Source: the human T2T-CHM13v2.0 reference genome, Homo sapiens. From it: a DNA stretch of 64,000 nucleotides. Below are positions 30,146 through 43,140 of this stretch, one piece after another. Position numbers and translations under genes: made by a program. Location: assembly GCF_009914755.1 (NCBI RefSeq), contig NC_060935.1, one strand, 5' to 3'. Each line of letters starts with the position of its first letter. The stretch's first letter is position 1. Below the pieces are notes generated by a model. The model did no database searches and was not told where the DNA came from. It saw only the letters and a list, made by a program, of their open reading frames with translations.

Positions 30146-31429
30146 CAGTTTCTGACTCAGGTTCTTACAATTTTGGGGAAGAGAAATCAGGCATATACAC
30201 AAGTAACTACTATATAGAAGAGAAAGGTTGGGATTGAATATAAGTGTTGATGTTTAGAATGTGTCCTTTCAGACTTTATCTACACTAACACACAAACAAA
30301 CCTGTAGGTATGTAAGTCTGAGAAAATAAATGCTTCTTTTTATGAAATTGGGATGATACTCTACACATTATTTTGTAATTTGACTCATTGACCCTCAAAA
30401 GAAAAGCCACTTAGCCTACAAAGCAAGTGATAAGGCAGGCAGTGTCCCTTTTTAACAGATAAAGAAACTGAGCTTCAGAGAGGTTAAGCAACCTCTTCAA
30501 ATTCACTCAGCTGGCAAGCGATGGAATTGGAACTCAAATCTGGAACTCTCTGTCTACAAAGTCAGCAAAAAACACATCTCTTACCTCCATAGAGCAGGGC
30601 ATGTGCACAAAACACCTTAAACATACAAGATGGTGCATGTTGAGTGATCAACCAGCACTGTGGATTGCATGTGTGCTAAGCATTCCAGATGAAGAACACT
30701 TAACACATATGGGCTGGAGTGATGGAAGAAAGACTTCACAAAGACATGTGACCAAGCTCAGCCTCAGAGGCAGGGCAGGACTTAACTAGTTGAAGTGGAA
30801 GGTGTTTATTCATTCATTCACCATTTGATAACTTACACAACAGCCATTTATTAAGTGTTTGACACAGAGGAGGCACTGTAATAATCCAGGCAGGAGACAT
30901 GATGGGGAAAAAGCCTTGGAGTTGGAACATTCAAGAACGAGAGGCAGGCCTGGATGACTGGACTCAAAGACTGGGGTGGGAAGAAATGGGTAAAAAGACA
31001 GGATAGGCAGGTAAGGAAACAACCAGAGGAGATCTTGGGTGCCCTCCACCACTACTGCCTAAAGAATAACCCCAAACTTTGGAAGAATTTTGAATTTTAC
31101 CATGAAAATTTAGGAACTCAACTCCCAGTGCGAAGCTAATACAAGATGATGGGGTAGGGTTGGAGGGCAAGGTGGAAGATGGGGAAAAGCTACAATTTTA
31201 CCTTAAAATGATTTCACTAGTTCTGAACTTCAGTTTCACTCATCCACATTGGTCCAGTGCATTGCTGGGCACTCAGTGAGATTTGGAAGAAGAGGGACAC
31301 AGCCCAACACAGCCAAAGACAATAGAGTCCACAAGGCAGTAAACAGTAGATATCTAGTTGATGCTAGAATGTGAGCTATAGACAGAAGGACTGGAGGGGT
31401 TGAAAGCAGCCCTGTGTACAAGATGAAAC

Positions 31430-31590
31430 ATGAGCTCTGGAGTGATGCAGACCTGATGCCAATCCCAGCTCTGCTCCTTCACATGAGGTGATGGGCAAAT
31501 TGTTGAGCTCAGTTTCCTCTTTTGAAAAACAGAGATAACATCTAGCCTGAAGAGTCACAGGGATTGGGAAACAACATATATAAAAAAGCC
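31430..31590 (+). mobile_element. MIR truncated by the L1 insertion
   Basis: AATCCCAGCTCTGC...GAGCTCAGTTTCCTC core, ends at the L1 5' end. Confidence 0.65.
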
Positions 31591-31591
31591 T

Positions 31592-34500
31592 GGATTCCCA
31601 GGCAAGATGGCCAAATAGGAATAGCTCTGGTCTGCAGCTCCCAGTGAGACCAATGCAGAAGGTGGGTGATTTCTGCATTTCTAATTGGGGTACCCAGTTC
31701 ATCTCATTGGGACTGGTTAGACAGTGGGTGCAGCCCACAGAGGGTGAGCAGAAGCAGGGTGGGTTGTTGCCTCACCTGGGAAGCAGAAGGGGTTGGAGAA
31801 CTCCCTCCCCTAGCCAGGGGAAGTCATGAGGGACTGTGCTGCGAGGAACTGTGCATTCTGGCCCAGATACTATGCTTTTCCCACAGTCTTTGCAATCTGC
31901 AGACCAGGAGATTCCCTTGGATACCTACACCACCAGGACCCTGGATTTCAAGCACAAAACTGGACAGTCGTTTGGGCAGACACCCAGCTAGCTGCAGGAG
32001 TTTTTTTTTTTTTTTTCGTACCCTAGTGGCACATGGAGCACCAGAGAGACAGAACTGTTCACTCCCCTGTCAAGGGGGCTGAAGCCAGGAAGCCGAGTGA
32101 TCTTGCTCAGTGGATCCCACCCCCATGGAGCCCAACAAGCTAAGATCCACTGGCTTGAAATTCTTGCTGCCAGCGCAGCAGTCTGAGGTCAACCTGGGAA
32201 GCTGGAGCTTGGTGGGGGGAGGGGCATCCACCGTTACTAAGGCTTGAGTAGGTGGTTTTCCCCTCACAGTGTAAATAAACAAAGCCATTGTTTGTAAACA
32301 AAGTTCAGACTGGGTGGAGCCCACTGCAGCACCGCAAAGCTGCTGTAGCCTGGCCTGCTCTCTAGATTCCTCCTCTCTGGGCAAGGCATCTCCGAACGAA
32401 AGGCAGCAGCCCCAGTCATGGGCTTATAGATAAAACTTCCACCTCCCTGGGACAGAGCACCTGGGAGAAGGGGTGGTTGTGGGCACAGCTTCAACAGGCT
32501 TAAACCTTCCTGCCTGCCAGCTCTGAAGAGAGCAGCAGATCTCCTAGCACAGTGCTCGAGCTTTGCTAAGGGACAGACTGCCTCCTCAAGTCACTGGGTC
32601 AACAGTCACCTCATATACACTGGCATCTGGCAGATGTGCCTCTGGGACAAAGCTTCCAGAGGAAGGATCAGGCAGCAATATTTGCTGTTCTACAGCCTCC
32701 GCTGGTGATACCCAGGCAAACAGTCTGGAGTGGACCTCCAGCAAACTCCAGCAGACCTGCAGTAGAGGGGCCTGACTGTTAGGAGGAAAACTAACAAACA
32801 GAAAGCAATAATGTCAACATCAACAAAAAGGATGACCATGCAAAAACCCCATCTGAAGGTCACCAACATCAAAGACCAAAGGTAGATAAATCCATGAAGA
32901 TGAGGAAAAAACAGCACAAAAAGGCTAAAAATTCCAAAAACCAGAGTGCCTCTTCTCCTCCAAAGGATCATAACTCCTCACCAGCAAGGGAACAAAACTG
33001 GATGGATAATGAGTTTGATGAATTGACAGAAGTAGGCTTCAGAAGGTGAGTAACAACAAACTCCTCCAAGCTAAAGGAGCATGTTCTAACCCAATGCAAT
33101 GAAGCTAAGAAACTTGATAAAAGGTTACAGGAACTGCTAACTAGATTAACCAGTTTAGAGAAGAACATAAATGACCTGATGGAGCTGAAAAATACAGTTC
33201 GAGAACTTCGTGAAGCCTACACAAGTATCAGTAGCCAAATTGATCAGGCAGAAGAAAGGATATCAGAGATTGAAGATCAACTTAATGAAATAAAGCATGA
33301 AGATGACATTAGAGAAAAAAGAATGAAAAGGAACTAACAAAGCCTCCAAGAAATATGGGACTATGTGGAAAGACCAAACCTACGTTTGACTGGTGTACCT
33401 GAAAGTGATGGGGAGAATGGAACCAAGTTGGAAAACACACTTCAGGATATTATCCAGGAGAGCTTCCCCAACCTAGCAAGACAGGCCAACATTCAAATTC
33501 AGGAAATACAGAGAACACCACAAAGATACTCCTCAAGAATAGCAACCCCAAGACACATAATCATCAGATTTACCAAGGTTGAAATGAAGGAAAAAATGTT
33601 AAGGGCAGCCAGAGAGAAAGGGAAGCCCATCAGGGTAACAGCGGATCTCTCTGCAGACACCCTACAAGCCAGAAAAGAGTGGGTGCCAATATTCAACATT
33701 CTTAAAGAAAAGAATTTTCAACCCAGGATTTCATATCCAGCCAATCTAAGCTTCATAAGTGAAGGAGAAATAAAATCCTTTACAGAAAAGCAAATGCTGA
33801 GGGATTTTGTCACCACCAGGCCTGCCTTACAAGAGCTACTGAAGGAAGCACTAAATATGGAAAGGAAAAACCAGTACCAGCCACTGCAAAAACATACCAA
33901 AATGTAAAGACCATTGACGCTGTGAAGAAACTGCATCAACTAATGGGCAAAATAACCAGCTAGCATCATAATGACAGTATCAAATTCACACATAGCAATA
34001 TTAACCTTAAATGTAAATGGAGTAAATGCCTCAATTAAAAGACACAGACTGGCAAATCAGATAAAGAGTCAAGACCCATCAGTGTGCTGTATTCAGGAAA
34101 CCCATCTCATGTGCAAAGACACACATAGGCTCAAAATAAAGGGATGGAGGGATATTTACCAAGCAAATGGAAAGTAAAAAAAGCAGAGGATGCAATCCTA
34201 GTCTCTGATAAAACAGACTTTAAACAAACAATGATCAAAAAAGACAAAGAAGACATTACACAATGGTAAAGGGATCAATGCAACAAGAAGAACTAACTAT
34301 CCTAAATATATATGCACCCAATACAGGAGCACCCAGATTTATAAAGCAAGTTCTTAGAGACCTACAAAAAGACTTAGACTCCCACACAATAATAGTGGGA
34401 GACTTTAACACCCTACTGTCAATATTAGACAGATCAATGAGACAGAAAATTGACAAGGATATTCAGGACTTGAACTCAGCTCTGGACCAAGCAGACCTAA

Positions 34501-36603
34501 TAGACATCTACAGAACTCTACAGCCCAAATCAACAGAATATACATTCTTCTCAGCACCACATCACACTTATTATAAAATTGACCATATAATTGGAAGTAA
34601 AATACTTCTAAGCAAATACAAAAGAACAGAAATCATAACAAACAGTCTCTCAGAACACAGCACAATCAAATTGGAACTCAGCATTAAGAAACTCATTCAA
34701 AACTGCACAACTACATGGAAACTGAGCAATCTGCCCCTGAATGACTACTGGGTAAATAATGAAATTAAGGCAGAAATTAATAAGTTCTTTGAAACCAATG
34801 AGAACAAAGACACAATGTACCAGAATCTCTGGGACACAGCTAAAGCAGTGTTTAGAAGGAAATTTATAGCAGTAAATGCCCACATCAGAAAGCAGGAAAG
34901 ATCTAAAATAGACACCCTAACATCAAAATTAAAAGAACTAGAAAAGCAAGAGCAAACAAATTCAAAAGCTAGCAGAAGACAAGAAATAAATAAGATTAGA
35001 GCAAAACTGAAGGAGATAGAGACACGAAAAACCCTTCAAAAAAATCAATGAATCCAGGAGCTGGTTTTTTGAAAAGATTAGCAAAATAGAAAGACTGCTA
35101 GCCAGACTAATAAAGAAGAAAAGGGAGAAGAATCAAATAGAGACAATAAAAAATGATAAAGGGGATATCACCACTGATCCCACAGAAATACAAACTACCA
35201 TCAGAGAATACTGTAAACACCTCTATGCAAATAAACTAGAAAATCTAGAAGAAATGGATAAATTCCTCGACACATACACCCTCCCAAGACTAAACCAGGA
35301 AGAAGTCAAATCCCTCAATAGACCAATACCAGGTTCTGAAATTGAGGCAGTAATTAACAGCCTACCAACCAAAAATAGCCCAGGACCAGATGGATTCTCA
35401 GCCGAATTCTACCAGAGGTAAAAAGAGGAGCTGGTACCATTCCTTCTAAAACTAATCCAAACAATAGAAAAAGAGGGACTCCTCCCTAACTCATTTTATA
35501 AGGCCAGCATCATCCTGATACCAAAGCCTGGCAGAGACACAACAAAAAAAGAAATTTTCAGGCCAGTAACCATGATGAACATCAATGCAAAAATCCTCAA
35601 AAAAATACTGGCAAACCGAATCCAGCAGTACACTAAAAAGCTTATCCACCATGATCAAGTTGGCTTCATCCCTGGGATGCAAGACTGGTTCAACATAGGC
35701 AATTTAATAAATGTAATGCAGCACATAAACAGAACCAATGACAAAAACCACATGATTATCTCCATAGATGAAGAAAATGCCTCTGATAAACTTCAACACC
35801 CCTTCATGCTAAAAACAATAAACTAGGTATTGATGGAACATATCTCAAAATAATAAGAGCTATTTATGACAAACCCATAGCCAATATCATACTGAATGGG
35901 CAAAAGCTGGAAGCATTCCCTTTGAAAACCGGCACAAGACAAGGATGCCTTCTCTCACCACTCCTATTCAACATAGTATTGGAAGTTCTGGCTAGGGAAA
36001 TCAGGCAAGAGAAAGAAATAAAGTGTATTCAAATAGAAAGAGAGGAAGTCAAATTATCCCTGTTTGCAGGTGACATGATTGTATATTTAGAAAACCCCAT
36101 CATCTCAGCTCCAAAACTCCTTAAACTGATAAGTAACTTCAGCAAAGTCTCAGGATACAAAATCAACATGCAAAATCACAAGCATTCCTATACATCAATA
36201 ATAGAAAAACAGAGAGCCAAATCAGGAGTGAACTCCCATTCACAATTGCCACCAAGAGAATAAAGTACCTAGGAATACAACTTACAAGGGATATGAAGGA
36301 CCTCTTCAAGGAGAACTACAAACCACTGCTCAAGGAAATAAGAGACGACACAAACAAATGGAAAAACATTCAATGCTCATGGATAGAAAGAATCAATATC
36401 ATGAAAATGGCCATACCGCCCAAGGTAATTTATAGATTCAATGGTATTCCCATCAAGCTACCATTGACTTTCTTCACAGAATTAGAAAAACTAGTTTAAA
36501 TTTCATATGGAACCACAAAAGAGCCCGTGTAGCCAAGACAATCCTAAGCCAAAAGAACAAAGCTGGAGGCATCACGCTACCTGACTTCAAACTGTGTTAC
36601 AAG
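31592..36603 (+). mobile_element. L1PA (PA6-8-like): intact 5'UTR, disrupted ORF1 (~32900-33907) and ORF2 (from 33971), 3'-truncated
   Basis: CAAGATGGCCAAATAGG start; ORF1p and ORF2p fragments in the ORF track; homology stops at ...CTTCAAACTGTGTTACAAG with no polyA. Confidence 0.95.
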
Positions 36604-36974
36604 TGGAAGGCTAGCACTCTGATAGCACCACATTGCACAGCCATGAGTATGGTTTCATCTAACCTATAAGCTAACTGGAAGGCAGATGAAATACAGTTAA
36701 GGACTATTGGCAAGGTTTTTATAATCTGCACTAAGAAAGAGTTTCATCTACCAGATCAGCATCTTTGTAAAGGTTGCTGATGGGAGATGACCTCTCTATT
36801 ACCTCCAAGTTTGATGCTTGGATGCTTCTTGCAACAGCAAAAGCCAAGCCCTGACACACCAACCTTATGTGGGCAGCCTAGACCCTTATAGCTGCAGCCA
36901 AAACTTAATCTCTTAGCCATCTGAAGCCAGGTCTACTCAAGTCCGTGCTCCAAAAAGTCGGAAGCCACAGGCCA

Positions 36975-37268
36975 GGAATCACTGATGAAAAAGATGAAGG
37001 AAAATCCCCTTGAGCACAAGACCATCAGTTCCTACACCATGGAGGGATACCTCTATGTGCAGGAGAAACATCACTTTGGAACTTCTTGGGTGAAGCACTA
37101 CTGTATGTATATATAAATGGGATTCCAAACAAATCACCATGGTACCATTTGACCAAAAGTCAGGAGGAAATAGGGAGACTGTGAATCAGTTACCCTCAAA
37201 TCCTGCACACGGAAGAAAACAGACTCCATTGAGAAGAGGTTTTGCTTTGATGTGGAAGCAGTAGACAG
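36975..37268 (+). pseudogene. ARHGAP26: Intronless ARHGAP26 (GRAF1) fragment, end of BAR domain and most of the PH domain
   Basis: Translates (frameshifts, one stop) to ESLMKKMKENPLEHKTISSYTMEGYLYVQEKHHFGTSWVKHYC / DSKQITMVPFDQKSGG / [29 protein letters not shown], matching GRAF1. Confidence 0.93.
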
Positions 37269-37504
37269 AGGAAATTTGGACCCAGAAATGGACATGCACA
37301 TGAGAAGAATACTGTGTTAACACGAAGGCAGAAGTCGAGGAGATACACCTACAAGCCAAGGAACGCTAAAGACTGGCAGCCAAGCACCAGAAGCTAGGAG
37401 AGAGGCATGGAGCAGATTCATCCTCACACCTTAGAAGGAAGACTTGATCTTGAACTTTTAGCCTCTAGGCCCATGAAACTACAAATTTCTGTTGTTTAAG
37501 CCAA
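37269..37504 (+). mobile_element. Internal piece of an MLT1B/C LTR, from splice acceptor position to poly(A) site
   Basis: AGGAAATTTGGAC...CTACAAGCCAAGGAAC...CCAGAAGCTAGGAGAGAGGCATGG...AAATTTCTGTTGTTTAAGCCA. Confidence 0.88.
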
Positions 37505-37509
37505 CATTT

Positions 37510-37518
37510 TATATATAT

Positions 37519-37556
<38 letters not shown>

Positions 37557-37750
37557 TATGTATATGTATATATATGTATATATGTATGTGTATATATACA
37601 TATGTATGTGTATATATACATATATATGTATATACATGTATACATATGTACATATATGTGTATATATACATATATACACATAACAGTGTATACATATACA
37701 TATGTGTGTGTATATATGTGTGTGTGTGTGTATATATATACACACACATA
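37510..37750. repeat. Compound (TA)n/(CA)n/(TATG)n microsatellite
   Basis: Direct reading; produces several spurious ORFs. Confidence 0.95.
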
Positions 37751-37987
37751 GTTTCTCCATACACCTTGGAGAGCCACCTTCAAGGTTTGTCCTTGGCTTG
37801 CTGAAGCCCTTCCTTTCTTCTTTATCCTAGATAGTTAAAATACCTCTTTTTTTTCTTACAAAAGTAAAGTCAGATTATCATGGATAATATAGATAAGCAA
37901 GAAAAAAGAAAAAAAAACCTGACAATTACTCCACCAACCCAGAGTTAACCTCTTTTAACTGTTCTGATGTTTTCCTATCATATCTTT

Positions 37988-38286
37988 CTTTTTTTTTTTG
38001 AGACAGAGCCTTGCTCTGTCACCCAGGCTGGAGTGCAGTGGCACAATCTCGGCTCACTGCAACCGCCGCCCCCTGGGTTCAAGCAATTGTCCTGCCTCTC
38101 TCAGCCTCTCTAGTAGCTGAGATTACAGGCATGTGCTACCACACCTGTGTAATTTTTGTATTTTTAGTAGAGACATGGTTTTTGCCATGTTGGCCAGGCT
38201 GGTCTTGAATTCTTGACCTCAAGTGATCTGCCCATCTTGGCCTCCCAAAATGCTGGGTTTACTGGCATAAGCCACTGCACCCAGCC
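37988..38286 (-). mobile_element. Alu (S/J) with TSD TCATATCTTT
   Basis: Full antisense dimer; TSD at 37978-37987 and 38287-38296. Confidence 0.95.
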
Positions 38287-38885
38287 TCATATCTTTTTCT
38301 GAAGATGTATAGGTATATGTATAAAAATAATATGTAATATATTATGTTGGTATTTTTGCTATCAGATATTTTTCAAAATATGTGTATACACATATATGTA
38401 TTTGTACATATGTCTTTCTACATCAATAAATACATTTCTAGAATATATTTTTAATGACTACATAGTCATTAAAATAGACTGTCTTCTATTGAATGAGGAT
38501 ACTACCCAAATTTTTAATGAGAAGGATATTTAAACTATTTCATGTTTTAATTTTATAGAAACATTTCAGCAAATATCTTTAAGACTATATCTTTTCTCAG
38601 ACCTTTCATTACTTCATAATTTCTAGCAGTAACATCTCACATCTTTCATTATGTCCTTGGGATAAATTCTAGCAGTAGTGTGGCAGGGTCAGAAAAGATT
38701 TTTTTCTGCATTTTTTACTGCAGTAATCTTTACCTTTTGTTCGATTCCTTTCTTGAAATTTCACTTACTGCTAATGAAAAACATCTGTGGGAACCAAAGC
38801 AGAAGTGAGTGTTATGTCTTAATGTTGCTGAGTCCCTAGCACAGTGCTAGTGTTCCAATTAATCACATTAAAGTGATATTTCTCT

Positions 38886-39190
38886 GACCAGGCTCACACC
38901 TGTAATCTTAGCACTTGGAGAGGCTGAGGTGCGTGGATCGCTTGAGCACAGGAGTTTGAGACCAGAATGGGCAACATGACAAGTCTCTACTAACAATACA
39001 AAAATTAACCAGGCATGGTGGCATGCACCTGTAGTCCCAGCTACTGAGGAGGTCAAAAGATCATTTGAGCCCAGGAGGCTGAGGCTGCAGTGAGCTATAA
39101 TCGCCACTGCACTTCAGCTTGGGTGACAGAGCGAGACTCTGTCTCAAAAAAATTTAACAAATAAATAAATAAATAAATCAATAATAAGAT
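38886..39190 (+). mobile_element. AluJ
   Basis: TCGCTTGAGC(A)CAGGAG and GAGGCTGCAGTGAGCTAT diagnostics; (AAAT)n tail. Confidence 0.9.
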
Positions 39191-39879
39191 AAAGTGGGAT
39201 ATCTCTTCTGGCTTCAGTAGCAACAATAAAAACAACTATTATTATTGTCATTGTTCTTGCTATCTTTCATCCTGTTCTCCTGCTCTGAGATCCCCTCCAC
39301 TTGGGCTCACTTAGGAGGAATGGGCCATTTGCCAGAAGCTCCATGGACTTCGCCTGGAGCAGAGCACAGAGTTTCTGGCACATTCACTGTCTGAGAAGCT
39401 GAGGCTGAGCTTCGCCTGACCCCTCGGAGCCCCTCAACTCTAGACAATAGGTCTTCTGTACTGTGTGCTGAGTGACACCTGCAAGAGGCTGGTGTTCATT
39501 GTTATGTCCTTTTCCTGGCAGGCTTATCTATTGAGTTTGGCTTCTGCTGACTGAAGTGAGGGAAACTGACCTAGTTGAAGAGAGCAGCTTGACAGAAAAG
39601 TCTTAATGTTGCCATATGGCCTGAGGGCTCCATGTGAACCTGTCAAAATAAATATATATTAATTAATCATCTCAATCCTAAACACGTCCCAGCATTGATC
39701 ACAGTACATGGCACAGAGTACAGGTACTCTGCAAGTGTTTGCTAAGTTAAAACATGATGGCAGATGAGGAGGGTATTAATTATCTTTGCCTTATCTTGCT
39801 GTAGATTGTATGTCACACACGCAGCATCAGGTATTTATGTCTCCAGGAGTCCTCTCACAAGTGAGCTGGAGGATCCTGC

Positions 39880-40890
39880 CCCATGTGTAGGGTTAAATAC
39901 ACAACTATTCTTCAACTTTTGGACAAAGACCAAAATGCATGGGTCTAACAAGTGCCACTAAGCTGATAATAAAGAAGAAGATTGACCTGCCCACCATAAA
40001 TCAAGGGTGAACATATAATAAAAGTACTTTCAGACATGCATGGTCTCCACAAATAGTCACTTCCCAAACAGCTCTTCTTGGGAAGATACTAGAGGATGCA
40101 CTTCCCTAAAAATAGGGGTGGGGTGGGGGCAGGGGGAATAAACTAAACCATGGAATCCAGGATCCTGGTATTTAACTCAAGAGAAAAGCTCAGAGTATTC
40201 TTAGGATGATAGCAAAAGAAAGACCAGAATAATAGCAGCACCGCTGACTTACAGAGCAACCCATCTAGACTATGGGAGGAAGACCAAGCATCTCCAAGAG
40301 GGATATACTGCACCCCCCCTCAAAAAAACATGAAACTCTTTAGTTACATGGTAGATTTGACTTCATTAGGAGTTTTATAGCCCTATGTGAGAATTTGGGA
40401 TTAATTAATTGTAGGTACACAAAACCAAGCAGAGGAAAAATAGGAAAAAATGTTCACGAAAGGAAAACTAACCACAGTACATTATGTGGCTCATCTGTGA
40501 ACAATATTTTCATAGATATTATCATGTAAACAGCAAATATTGAATTAACAAAAAGTTGATATATATGAGTGAATAGGGGAGGGGAAGTGTCATGTTGTGG
40601 AGAGATATAGGAAGAGCAAAATAGAGGTGATGAAGAGAGATAAATTTTATCCTCCACTATAGAGTAACAAAAGAGAAATGTCTACAATGGAAAAATCCAG
40701 AACTAGCAGTATAACCATATTATTTAAAGAAAGAAAGGTCAATTCCAAAGAAACGGCTTAAAAGGTTGAGAGTTGTTGCGTTTGGGGAGAGCAACCTAAA
40801 AGTAGGAAGGAGTAGAGCAGACATTGCTGCTTTTTGAGATGATTTTTACTTTTTTAAACTATGTACATATATTATTTTTTAATTTAATTA
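39880..40890 (+). mobile_element. HAL1-like LINE relic
   Basis: TTTCAGACATGCATGGTCTC...GATACTAGAGGATGCACTTCC motifs. Confidence 0.6.
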
Positions 40891-41509
40891 ATAGAAGTAT
40901 TAGAGGGTATATAACTGCGGGAATTGATGCACACTTCTTCTCTTGGGGTTTTGATAGTTAAGTCAGTGTCTTTTTAAAATCATGTTCCTCACAGTTCTTT
41001 CGGGGACCGTCAGAAAAAGAAAGGGGGTGACTGAGAGACTGGGGTTCTTTGACTCTTCTATCAGTTTTATATGTTGAGGTTCCTGGTGAAATTTCATTTG
41101 AATTAAAGGGTCAATTGCTTAAAATTTTTTGTTTTGAATTTTGAAAGCACAGACCTAGACCTAACTTTCTGGGAACTAGATTTCTCTTGGTGGCCCAGTG
41201 AGTCAGTGCGCCACATCCAGAGCCTCTCTCACACAGCGCCAGGCATTATCTTTCATGCACCACCATGGCCTGGAGCTTTTCTCTCCAAAAGGAAGAATGA
41301 ATTTGTGATGCACTGTCTACATCTTTGTATTTTTTCCCTCTAGGACCAAAGGCCTGTGTGTGTGAGCTTAATGATTTGGAAGTGTGGTGTGATTCTAGGG
41401 ACTTGAGGCCCTGAGCCCACAGTCTTAGCTCCAGTGCCTCCAGCTCCAACCACCTGAACTGAGCCATTATGAACACAAAGCTAGGACCACATCAGCTTTA
41501 CGACACACC

Positions 41510-41755
41510 CATAGCAATAAAAGTGAACAACCTTTGAGTCCTTATGATTTGCCAGGCACTGCTCTAAGTGCTTCCTATGTATTTACTCCTTTAATCATCA
41601 CGACACTAAAGACACTGTTGCTCTCTGCATTTTACAGATGAGGAAACTGAAGCACAGAGAAGGTAGTAATCAGCCCAGAGTCACAGCTAGCAAGTGGCAG
41701 AGCCAAGATTCGAACCCAGACAGACAGAGTCCAGAGCTCAAGCTCTTAACAGCGT
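41510..41755 (-). mobile_element. MIR
   Basis: TTTTACAGATGAGGAAACTGAAGCACAGAGA...GTCACAGCTAGCAAGTGGCAGAG. Confidence 0.85.
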
Positions 41756-41786
41756 CCCTTTTCTGTCCCCTACTACACACACTTTC

Positions 41787-42121
41787 TTTATTATTATTAT
41801 TATTATAATACTTTAAGTTTTACAACGTGCAGGTTTGTTACATATGTATACATGTGCCATGTTGGTGTGCTGCACCCAGTAACTCGTCATTTAGCATTAG
41901 GTATATCTCCTAATGCTATCCCTCCCCACTCCCCCAACCCCACAACAGTCCCCAGTGTGTGATGCTCCCCTTCCTGTGTCCATGTGTTCTCACTGTTCAA
42001 TTCCCACCTATGAGTGAGAACATGTGGTGTTTGGTTTTTTGTCCTTGCCATAGTTTGCTGAGAATGATGGTTTCCAGCTTCATCCATGTCCCTACAAAGG
42101 ACATGAACTCATCATTTTTTG
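41787..42121 (-). mobile_element. 5'-truncated L1PA 3' end (335 bp) with 15-bp TSD ACTACACACACTTTC
   Basis: (TTA)n tail, L1PA 3'UTR, perfect TSD at 41772-41786 and 42122-42136. Confidence 0.95.
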
Positions 42122-42659
42122 ACTACACACACTTTCATATTCCTTTTCCTTAGATGAGCCCACAAACCCTTTCACGGAGACTTTCATTGAGGTATTCTAT
42201 GCCCTTTCATTCTGTCATTTGTCTGGGTGTTTTTAATTAGGCTGGAGTTTCAGTAAACAGCAGACTCACTTAAAACTGAAGCCGGCAGAGAAATCCTTCG
42301 TTGTCAAAATGTCTGGCACACACAAGCAAATCATGATTTGAAGTCATCAGAGGCAATTGGATACCCATGTTGTAATGGTTTGGAATTAAGGGTTTAAATC
42401 TCACACCCAAGGGCTGACACCCAGAGAAATCACTCACTAATCTCTGTGTCTGATGCTTGGGCAGGGAGGTAAGGGGCTGGGGCTTTCCTGGGAGGGTGCA
42501 TAGAACCAAGAGGCCTCTCCACAGAGTAGAAGCCAGAGGCCCTCCAAACCAGCCCCAGATAGAACTTTAACAGGATCAACCCAGCCACTGGGTAAAGGGA
42601 CAGGGAACTGTGGATGGGCCTAGTGGCCTGGAGGGCAGGAGGAAGGCTGGAGGTGGTCC

Positions 42660-43140
42660 CTGCCTCCACAACCTCCTTGCACACCCTCCACTCCTCTGAT
42701 ACCCCACTCCAGCCTCAACAAAACTTCTTTGCATTTTTCCAACATGCAAGGCTTGCTCTGTCTCCGAGGCTTTGCTCTTGCCTTTCCCTCTGTCTGGAAT
42801 GCCCTTCCCTGCCTCCTACTCACGTGGGTCTCACCTGGATGCTACCTCTTCAAAGAAGCCATCCTGATCACCGTAATTTAAAGTAGCCACATACTCCCCA
42901 TGCTCATTTCTTTTTCATACCCTGTTTTTCTTAAACCAAAAAACCTGCAAAACCCATCATCAGGCTTATCATTAGTGGATTTTATGTATTTATTTATTTT
43001 AAATATTTATTCCTTTCGATGAAAGCAGGCACTTTTTTTTGGCATAAATTTCATTCCTCCCAGAGTAATGAAATCATGTTAATGTGTGGTTGAACCCCAT
43101 TGACTATTTCTTGAACAAATGAATAAGTGAATGAATGGTT
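42660..43140 (+). mobile_element. L2 3' fragment
   Basis: CCCTCTGTCTGGAATGCCCTTCC...GAATAAGTGAATGAATG. Confidence 0.7.

Noticed and set aside
33365-36499. Series of + strand ORFs
   Set aside because: Fragments of disrupted L1 ORF1/ORF2
37465-37804. Five overlapping Y/I/H/T/C-rich ORFs
   Set aside because: Translation of a microsatellite
41344-41470. Strong splice acceptor (TTTTTTCCCTCTAG) as an extra exon
   Set aside because: No convincing donor and an early stop; cannot be placed in the exon chain
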